DNA of 64,000 bases. Origin: Cyanobacteria bacterium P01_F01_bin.150 (GTDB lineage Bacteria > Cyanobacteriota > Cyanobacteriia > CAKZMO01). Position 1 is the stretch's first letter, and each line of letters opens with the position of its first letter. The stretch is taken from NCBI GenBank assembly GCA_039189765.1, contig JBCCYL010000023.1, forward strand, positions 1 through 64,000, given 5' to 3'. Position numbers and translations under genes: made by a program. The notes below the pieces were generated by a model, which had not been told where the DNA came from, ran no database searches, and was given only the letters and a program-made list of their open reading frames with translations. Of the stretch, positions 1 to 6,838 are shown piece after piece.

Positions 1-666
1 CTCCAGGAAGAAAATGGCGTTTTACCGCTGCTGGCGCTGGAGTTTGTCTCCAAGACCTATGGTCAGGAATATGGCAAGAAGATGACGTCCTATGCCAGTT
101 TAGGGGTCAAATACTATGTCATCTACAACCCAGAATATAGCATTAGAGACGAACACAACCCGTTTGAAGTGTACAGGCTAGTCAAGGGGGGCTATCAGCT
201 TCAAGGGGGAGAGCCGTTCTGGATGCCTGAAATTGGCTTGGGTATTGGTCGAGTTCAGGGCGAACTGGGGGGCATTCCCCAGGAATGGCTGGCATGGCAC
301 ACCAAAGCGGGTGTTGCCTATCCCATCCCCCAGGAATTGCTTCAGCAACAGGAAAAGCAGCTTATTAGAGAACGGCAACGAGCAGAGCAGGAACGGCAAC
401 GGTCTGAAGAAATGGGGCAGACCCTTGAGCAGGAACGGCAACGGTCTGAGGAAATGGAGCAGACCCTTAAGCAGGAACGGCAACGAGCGCAACAGGAACG
501 GCAACGGTCTGAGGAAATGGAGCAAACTCTTGAGCAGGAACGTCAACGAATGCAACAGGAACGGCAACGGTCTGAAGCAATGGAGCAGGCTCTTGAGCAG
601 GAACAGTTAGAAAAATTGCGGTTACTGGAACGGTTGCGGCAGTTGGAGGAGGACGGAGGGAAGTAA
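1..666 (+). CDS. Uma2/DUF820 family putative endonuclease, 5'-truncated by window edge, with repetitive coiled-coil tail
   Basis: Frame open from base 1 (LQEENGVLPLLALEFVSKTYGQEYGKK...YASLGVKYYVIYNP), typical Uma2 motifs; C-terminal EQERQR repeats. Confidence 0.85.
   Translation, partial: LQEENGVLPLLALEFVSKTYGQEYGKKMTSYASLGVKYYVIYNPEYSIRDEHNPFEVYRLVKGGYQLQGGEPFWMPEIGLGIGRVQGELGGIPQEWLAWHTKAGVAYPIPQELLQQQEKQLIRERQRAEQERQRSEEMGQTLEQERQRSEEMEQTLKQERQRAQQERQRSEEMEQTLEQERQRMQQERQRSEAMEQALEQEQLEKLRLLERLRQLEEDGGK
366..603 (+). repeat. Intragenic 21/42-bp tandem repeats (GAGCAGGAACGGCAACGGTCTGAGGAAATGGAGCAGACCCTT) encoding EQERQRSEEMEQTL
   Basis: Repeated units read directly in the DNA and protein. 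Confidence 0.9.
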
Positions 667-685
667 GGCAGAAGGCAGAAGGCAG
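667..685 (+). repeat. Heptamer tandem repeat (GGCAGAA)n, STRR-like
   Basis: GGCAGAAGGCAGAAGGCAG right after the stop codon; same unit at 62181-62205. Confidence 0.75.
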
Positions 686-689
686 TTTG

Positions 690-759
690 CGTAGGGTGTG
701 TGTAGGCGACAGCCGTAACGCACCGATACTGGAATGGGTGCGTTGTCACGCACCCTACG
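690..759. repeat. GTAG-type REP doublet (REPIN-like palindrome)
   Basis: CGTAGGGTG...CACCCTACG terminal inverted repeat with internal AACGCACC/GGTGCGTT pairing. Confidence 0.7.
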
Positions 760-767
760 GTGACGGA

Positions 768-900
768 TTAACTCAGCCGCACTTTTTTGGTTAGGACCAC
801 CATGACTTCCATGGGGGCGTCCGGTGGGGATGGGTTTACTCCATTCGTTTGGCTCGGCATAGTTCAGCTTGTACAGACACTTGATCACCGCCTGCACCAT
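768..900 (-). pseudogene. Frameshifted, probably 5'-truncated remnant of a small cyanobacterial hypothetical protein
   Basis: VQAVIKCLYKLNYAEPNEWSKPIPTGRPH continues after a 1-nt shift as EVMVVLTKKVRLS* (stop 768-770); resembles from memory a family with 'L..L.YAE..EWS..PTG...EVM..LTK'. Confidence 0.5.
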
Positions 901-914
901 GATAGGGCGATCGC

Positions 915-2030
915 CTAACCAAAGCCATCAGAAAAGAGAATCAGGCTATCATCACTGTCGTGCCAATATGCATCATCACCGCTTGTGGCCGTATTGGCTA
1001 ATCGGACTCGACCAATGCCTTGACTAATCACCTGCAAAATCCGTTTAGGCCCAAATGCCGCCAGGGCCAGAATATTGCCAGCCATAAGCCATTGATGTTC
1101 ATCTTGGGAAAGATGGCTCAGAATCTCGTCTGGTAGCTGTCTTGCCTGTTGCTTAGCGGCATCGGATGCAATCACAAAGGGATTTTTAAGCATTACGGCA
1201 TGGCGCGGTAGCAGACCCAAATCATAAATATTGATGCTGGTGTCGGGGAACCACTGGGACTGTCGCAGCATTGTAGGCACCCGCAGGCCGCTGGGAGAGG
1301 CATCATGAAGGGCATAGACGCTGAGATTAGGATTGCGCTTTAGCATGGTCATCACCGTGTCAAAAATTTCAGCAGGATAGCCATTGATGCTAACAACTAC
1401 ACAGTTGTGCTCAAAATGAAGATTGTTGGCAATAAGCATCTGGGCAATATCATCATGTTCACACACCACTACTCGGTCAAAACTGTAGTCGCTCACCTGG
1501 GGACTAATCGCCACCTGATTGACTTGCTGACGCACGGGCGCAAGCTGTCGTTGCGTGTCCCCTTTGGCACGTTGCCACTGTTGATGCCAGTCATTGAAAG
1601 TCGCCCAATTAACGGGGAATGTTTTAGGTTGCTTAAGGAGTTGTTTACGCTTTTGTCGTTTGTCCCATAACGCCAACACAATACTTATTGCGATCAGCAC
1701 CATGCCCCAACCAATTGCCGCATTGAGAAGCATAATGCCGCCAATAACTGTCCCCACAAAAGCCAGGGTGGTAAGGGGGCCAGACTGCTGAATAATCTTA
1801 CGCTCCAGACGACGATTTATAAGATAGTAGAGCTGGGCCTCCGTAAAAAACAGCGTGTCGTTAGCGGATACGTCCTCAATCAGCTGGGCAAAGAATATAT
1901 CGGTAAACTTGAACGGAGCCTTCATGGCCGTAGGTTCAAAGGCAAAGAGTTGCCGACAGTTTTTACAGCGTCCACGGTTCGCTTCACGATCTTTTAGGTT
2001 ATTGTCAACGCGACAGTTACTGCATTTCAT
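915..2030 (-). CDS. Hypothetical protein: N-terminal CxxC..CxxC zinc finger, TM hairpin, C-terminal Toprim-like domain
   Basis: MKCSNC...RCKNC; hydrophobic segment near aa 85-122; VVVCE and YALHDAS motifs. Confidence 0.7.
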   Translation of the reverse strand: MKCSNCRVDNNLKDREANRGRCKNCRQLFAFEPTAMKAPFKFTDIFFAQLIEDVSANDTLFFTEAQLYYLINRRLERKIIQQSGPLTTLAFVGTVIGGIMLLNAAIGWGMVLIAISIVLALWDKRQKRKQLLKQPKTFPVNWATFNDWHQQWQRAKGDTQRQLAPVRQQVNQVAISPQVSDYSFDRVVVCEHDDIAQMLIANNLHFEHNCVVVSINGYPAEIFDTVMTMLKRNPNLSVYALHDASPSGLRVPTMLRQSQWFPDTSINIYDLGLLPRHAVMLKNPFVIASDAAKQQARQLPDEILSHLSQDEHQWLMAGNILALAAFGPKRILQVISQGIGRVRLANTATSGDDAYWHDSDDSLILFSDGFG

Positions 2031-2073
2031 AGAAGATTTCTAGTGATCTTTGAATGGGCTGATATGGAATACG

Positions 2074-3483
2074 CTAAAAAACTTGTTGTGCGAGCAATAC
2101 AGAATAGTCTTCCCGCTGTCGAATCAGACGATGAGTGTTGGTGTCTACATTGGTTTCTACGTTGGCTTCTAGCAAGACTTCCGCAGGGCGGGGGCGGTGT
2201 AAGAAGTGGGACGACATGGCGTACCCATAGGCTCCTACATCGAGAACCGCCAGATGGTCGCCGGGCTTAAGGGCGGGTAGCTGACAATTCCGTCCCAGAT
2301 AGTCGCGGGAGTAGGTGGTGTTGCCACAGACATCGCTGGGAAATAGCTCTTCATCATCGTTTGCCCATGTTGTGATGGTGCGGTAGCCGCCGTGAACGGC
2401 TGGAACAGAGAGATTCGCCACGGTGGTGTCTACACCGATAATTTGGCGATCGCCCTGCCATTTAACAGACACCACCTCCGTCAACAACGTCGCACAACCC
2501 GCGATCGCCGCCCGCCCCGGTTCGATAATTAGCTGAATGGGGCGATTGCGCTGTTTTTGACTTAATTGATTGACGATGGGCTGATTGACCTCAAGCTGGC
2601 TGATCTGCTGGGTAATAGCCTCACCAAAGGTTGGCCAGTCAAAGGCGACCCCACCGGGACGATAGCCATAGCCAAATCCACCGCCAAAGTCAAGATATTG
2701 CCAGTCCGGAAGCTGCTGCGCCGCCGCCAGCACGGGGGCCATTGCTTGGGTAAATGATCGGGTCGCGTTGGTACCTGTTCCTCGATAAAAATGCAGCCCG
2801 CTGATCGTTAGTCCAGCAGACTGGGCAATGGACTGGGCCGTATCAAAGTCCTCTGGTCTAACCCCAATTCGACTACCGCCAGTTACTTCTGGTAGGTTTA
2901 GTCGTAGTCCCAATTTTAGTGTGGTCTCTGTGGTCTCAGATTGCTGATGATTTTGTGGCTGATTTTGAGAATGATTTTGAGAATGATTTTGGTAATGCTC
3001 CCGACATTGATAGAGTGCCGCTAGCTGTTGCACCTGCTGTACGCTGTCTAAATTAAAAGTGCGAACGCCCCAATCCAGAGCCTGCTTCATATCCGGAATG
3101 GAAAGATTGCTGCCGCTGTAAATAATTTTTTGAGGTGAAAAGCCTGCCTGTAGCCCCAGATAGATATCCCCCGGTGTATTGGCATGAAGGCCCCATCCAG
3201 CCGCACAAATTTGCTGGAGTAACGCCACATTGCCATTGGTCACCGCAGCAAAATGAAAGGTCGTCGATGGATAGGGCACCGATTGCTCAATATGGCGGAG
3301 GGTCTTATGTAGATGCGATGCCTGATACACATACAGCGGTGAACCATAGGTTTGCAACAGCTCGTTTACTAAAGGCCGGGGCAATGGCGGTGGCGAGAGC
3401 AGTGGCGATGGCTGTGACGATGGTGATGGCGGTGATGATGACGAAGACGATAACGATGGCAAATTTGACAGCAGATTAGTCAT
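2074..3483 (-). CDS. Diaminopimelate decarboxylase (LysA/Orn-DAP-Arg decarboxylase fold type III)-like protein, catalytically atypical
   Basis: YGSPLYVY, DFGGGFG, IIEPGR, GAYGYAMSS..RPRP motifs present; PLP Lys position is Val. Confidence 0.8.
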   Translation of the reverse strand: MTNLLSNLPSLSSSSSSPPSPSSQPSPLLSPPPLPRPLVNELLQTYGSPLYVYQASHLHKTLRHIEQSVPYPSTTFHFAAVTNGNVALLQQICAAGWGLHANTPGDIYLGLQAGFSPQKIIYSGSNLSIPDMKQALDWGVRTFNLDSVQQVQQLAALYQCREHYQNHSQNHSQNQPQNHQQSETTETTLKLGLRLNLPEVTGGSRIGVRPEDFDTAQSIAQSAGLTISGLHFYRGTGTNATRSFTQAMAPVLAAAQQLPDWQYLDFGGGFGYGYRPGGVAFDWPTFGEAITQQISQLEVNQPIVNQLSQKQRNRPIQLIIEPGRAAIAGCATLLTEVVSVKWQGDRQIIGVDTTVANLSVPAVHGGYRTITTWANDDEELFPSDVCGNTTYSRDYLGRNCQLPALKPGDHLAVLDVGAYGYAMSSHFLHRPRPAEVLLEANVETNVDTNTHRLIRQREDYSVLLAQQVF

Positions 3484-5674
3484 TGTCAGAGTGCCTCCTG
3501 AGGGTTTTCCAAAACCATTGGGGTATCCAAAAGGGATGGTCGAAGGAATATCTTGGGGTGGATTCTCCCAATACGTGCTGTCGCCACTGCTGCCACATTA
3601 CTAGAAGCCATAGGATTTCACCAATCCGCCGCCCGCGAATACTGCCCAACTGGCCTGACACAAGTTGTTCGGGAAATTGAGACTGCCAAATCTCATCTTC
3701 TCGCAAGCGACTAGGGTTAAGCCAACGGCCCAAGTCAGACCATAACTGATTAAAGCACCACAAGGTTAAGGGGACTCCCATCCCCCGCTTTTCTCTCCAG
3801 ACAATATCCTCCGGCAGCCACTGAGCAACTGCCTGCTTCAAAATATATTTCTCACAGGTGCCCCGCAGATAAAGCTGTTCCGATAGGCTAAAAGTCCACT
3901 GGGTCAGCTCTGGGTCACAAAAGGGCGATCGCACCCGTAACCCATGGGCAAAGGCCAATTGAGTCGCCCGAGGCTGAATATTTTGGGCCCCCTTTAGCAA
4001 CAGCGTAGCTCGACGCAGCCGATGCAGCAGCGGCTCCTGATTCGGTCTATCATCCGATTCGCCATCTGATTTATCGCGTCGTTCGTCACTTTGACCCAGG
4101 CTAGAGTATAGCCACTGGAGCGGGTCAATTTGGGCGATCGCACCTTTCACCTCAGCCGTAAACGCCTGAGACTCATAGCCATGGAGACGATGAAACGTTT
4201 TAAGATATTGTTGGGCAAAGGTTTCCGAGGCAGTGGCAGACACCAGGTTATAAAGTCCCGCCGCTATCAGGGGTTTATTGGTCCATCCGGCAAAAAGCTG
4301 GTCGCCATTTTCCCCATTAAAGACCACCGATACGTCCTTTGCTGCCGCCTGGTTAAGCAAAAATAACGGCACGGTGACGCTGTCGCCAAAGGGCATATCC
4401 AGGGCTTGAGCAGTAGCGGCGATCGCCCTCCGCACCTCTTTTGGCCCGACCTTAATTGCCACCAGCGGAATATCTAAATACTCAGCCACCCGCTGCGCAT
4501 AGGGCAGCTCTGAGGTTTTATCGTCCTCGAAATCTAAACTATAGGCCCGTACCGATACCCCAGCCTGCACCAGCAGTGCAGCCACCACTGACGAATCTAA
4601 CCCACCGGAGAGAAATACCCCCACGGGTTCGGATGGAAGCAATTCTAGCTGGCGCAACACCGCTTGTTTAAGCAGGGTTTGTAACTGTTGAACTGCGATC
4701 TCCTCATCGTCGATCTGATGGTTGGGGACATGCCACTGATTCGGCTGTTGCGTTTCGGTTATTAACGTACCGTCTTGTTGCCAGCGATGCTGCTGTCGGA
4801 CGCCTGCTGGAACGGACTGAATGCCTTGAATCGGAGTTAGGGGTGTGGGCACATAGGAAAAACAAGCGTAACCATAGAGGGCCGCTGGGTCGATTTTACG
4901 CTGACCCAGCAGCCCTGATCGCGGCCCAGATTGCCGACATGAGCGGCTATCGGATAGGTGCGATCGCTCTTCCAATCCATCTTCTAATGTATCCTTTAAT
5001 CTGCCCCCTGATCTTGCCTTTAATTTAGCTTCTAATTTGATCTCTAAAAGAGGCAGCAGATACTGAAGCTGCGATGCAAACCATAGAATTGTCCCCTGCT
5101 GCATCCAGTAAAGCGACATCCGGCCAAAGATACTGCGTTCCCAAACCAAGCTGTTATCAGCCCCGAGTCCAATCCAAAGATCTGGAGAATGGTCTAGGCC
5201 AGATGCGGAGAGTTGGGCAATAACCTGTTTGACGCGGTGGTCTTTGGGATTGTCCAGTGGAGCGTTTGTTGCAGGGTTGATCGCCCAGAAGGGCGATCGC
5301 TGAACGTCCATGTTAGATGATGACGTTGGTTTATGGAGTTTTGCGACTGCCCAGAAGGGCGATCGCTCAGAATTGCCATAGGCCACAGCATCTTGCGCTT
5401 CTTGAATAATAGGAGACTCAGATCCGTAAGAACTATTGGGAGATTGACAGATTTTTGCGGTTAGCCCGCGCAGCTTTTCGAGAGATTGCTGGTGCAAGCG
5501 TTGGTTAAGTTGGGTATCCGATGAGTTGCCCCAGTAGCCAACGATGCCCCATGGTTTATCGGGTTGAGGAGTTCCTGAGATATTCAGTTTGTTCGAAAAT
5601 TCACGAGATAGGTTCACGCAGCTTCCTGCCCTTGTTTCAACTCTTGATAGCCCCCCTAGCCCTCGATAGACCAC
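3476..5674 (-). CDS. Asparagine synthetase B-like (adenine nucleotide alpha-hydrolase) protein; true start uncertain (GTG at 5617 plausible)
   Basis: LSGGLDSS PP-loop, NGENGDQLFAG, RSPFCD, EKYILK, REKRGMGVP; stop overlaps next gene start. Confidence 0.85.
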   Translation of the reverse strand: MVYRGLGGLSRVETRAGSCVNLSREFSNKLNISGTPQPDKPWGIVGYWGNSSDTQLNQRLHQQSLEKLRGLTAKICQSPNSSYGSESPIIQEAQDAVAYGNSERSPFWAVAKLHKPTSSSNMDVQRSPFWAINPATNAPLDNPKDHRVKQVIAQLSASGLDHSPDLWIGLGADNSLVWERSIFGRMSLYWMQQGTILWFASQLQYLLPLLEIKLEAKLKARSGGRLKDTLEDGLEERSHLSDSRSCRQSGPRSGLLGQRKIDPAALYGYACFSYVPTPLTPIQGIQSVPAGVRQQHRWQQDGTLITETQQPNQWHVPNHQIDDEEIAVQQLQTLLKQAVLRQLELLPSEPVGVFLSGGLDSSVVAALLVQAGVSVRAYSLDFEDDKTSELPYAQRVAEYLDIPLVAIKVGPKEVRRAIAATAQALDMPFGDSVTVPLFLLNQAAAKDVSVVFNGENGDQLFAGWTNKPLIAAGLYNLVSATASETFAQQYLKTFHRLHGYESQAFTAEVKGAIAQIDPLQWLYSSLGQSDERRDKSDGESDDRPNQEPLLHRLRRATLLLKGAQNIQPRATQLAFAHGLRVRSPFCDPELTQWTFSLSEQLYLRGTCEKYILKQAVAQWLPEDIVWREKRGMGVPLTLWCFNQLWSDLGRWLNPSRLREDEIWQSQFPEQLVSGQLGSIRGRRIGEILWLLVMWQQWRQHVLGESTPRYSFDHPFWIPQWFWKTLRRHSDND

Positions 5675-5753
5675 CCCCTGCCCCTCCCAAGAGCCGGACG
5701 TGTATGGAGACTTCAGCTACGTTCCGGTCCCCCTCCTTGGAGGGGTTAGGGGT
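5673..5753. repeat. Imperfect palindromic intergenic repeat (CCCCTCC(C/T)(A/T)AG ... CTTGGAGGGGTTAGGGGT) with inner CCGGACGT/ACGTTCCGG stem
   Basis: Nested inverted repeats seen directly. Confidence 0.6.
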
Positions 5754-5802
5754 CGGTTCCGCCGCAAAAGCTATATAATGGATTTCCTTCTGCCGAGTGG
5801 TA

Positions 5803-6423
5803 CTAGTCTACCTGAAAGGTATGGCTATCTAAGACGCGATCGCCCAATTTCATCGTCACGGTCCACATACCCGGTTCCGCCGTCGCATTAATCTGATATT
5901 TACAGCGGGTTTGCCAAACGGGGGTAGTGACAAGATTGGTTTGATAACTATTTTGGTGAAGAATCTGGCCGCTGGGACTGGCCCAGTCACAGGTTAACGG
6001 CAGCCGTCTGCCAACGGGAGCATCAGTTAAAGAAACTTGATAAAACACTTCGGCATTGTCTTGACGATTGACCGCTGTAACGGGGTTGCCATCTCGTCCC
6101 ACGGTGACCTGCTCCGCTACCGTGTCCACCCGATTGAGTGCCTGCTGTCGCTGTTGATGTATAAAGAATAGCCCCGTTAATCCTAATGCGGCTGCGGCGA
6201 TGACCCCGATGATAATTTGTTTTCTCTGGCGAGTCTGGGCCGCCAGGGCGTCCTGTCGCTGCAGTTGGACAATGGCATCATCCAATAACTCAGACGACAG
6301 TCCCAAGTCCACCAGAATCTCCTGCACCTGCTGCCGCGACAGCTCGGATTCAGCTGAACGGGACATCCGCTCAACTTCTGCCACTACTCGAATCAGGTCT
6401 CTATCCGTTAGTCGATCAGTCAT
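5803..6423 (-). CDS. DUF3859-like membrane-anchored protein
   Basis: N-terminal helical region, single TM (IIIGVIAAAALGLTGLFFI), C-terminal beta domain with CDW.SPSG...PGMW.V. Confidence 0.65.
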   Translation of the reverse strand: MTDRLTDRDLIRVVAEVERMSRSAESELSRQQVQEILVDLGLSSELLDDAIVQLQRQDALAAQTRQRKQIIIGVIAAAALGLTGLFFIHQQRQQALNRVDTVAEQVTVGRDGNPVTAVNRQDNAEVFYQVSLTDAPVGRRLPLTCDWASPSGQILHQNSYQTNLVTTPVWQTRCKYQINATAEPGMWTVTMKLGDRVLDSHTFQVD

Positions 6424-6525
6424 GGGATTTTTTTACTGAAAAGGCCATACAATATCTGAATTAGATAGGCAAATACGCTTATTTTTTTAAGATTTACTCG
6501 CGATAGCGTAACCCATCATACCTCT

Positions 6526-6801
6526 ATGGCCAGTTCAGCCTCCTCTGATAACCCAACAAGAGCGCGATCCGTTTCTTCCATTGAACGCCTCAAGCTGATT
6601 CAGACGCTAAACAAGCTGCCAGAAGGTCAGTTTGAAGAACTGCTGGTGGCGCTAAATCCTCCTGGAGGTATTGTGCCAAAAACATCGGCTGCGCAGGGCA
6701 ACCGAACATCGGCGCTGTTGCAGTGGGTGGAAAGTCCAGCGGGTAGGGGCTTAGCCGAGCTACAGGAACTTCTAAGTCTGTTATTAAATGACCCTCACTA
6801 G
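6526..6801 (+). CDS. Small helical effector-associated-domain (EAD/death-fold-like) protein; possibly N-terminal part of a frameshift fusion with the next ORF
   Basis: RLKLIQTLNKLPEGQFEELLVALNPP..IVP..SAAQGNR..ALLQWVESPAGRGL resembles cyanobacterial N-terminal adaptor domains of NTPase conflict proteins. Confidence 0.65.
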   Translation: MASSASSDNPTRARSVSSIERLKLIQTLNKLPEGQFEELLVALNPPGGIVPKTSAAQGNRTSALLQWVESPAGRGLAELQELLSLLLNDPH

Positions 6802-6838
6802 CCCCTTCGTTATCCTCCGGCACTGAGACGGAGGGGCT
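6790..6838 (+). promoter_or_regulatory. Candidate -1 frameshift cassette: GAC CCT CAC TAG plus 11-bp stem-loop (6800-6810/6828-6838)
   Basis: AGCCCCTTCGT pairs with ACGGAGGGGCT (one G-U); the -1 frame opens at 6792 and runs into NB-ARC. Confidence 0.55.

Noticed and set aside
366..603. Tandem repeats as CRISPR
   Set aside because: Coding heptad repeats typical of Uma2 tails; no spacers.
652..690. GGG AAG TAA at the Uma2 end as a slippery site
   Set aside because: No downstream ORF in a shifted frame, only repeats.
3476..5802. Lasso peptide gene cluster
   Set aside because: No B1/RRE, B2 protease or recognisable precursor peptide nearby.
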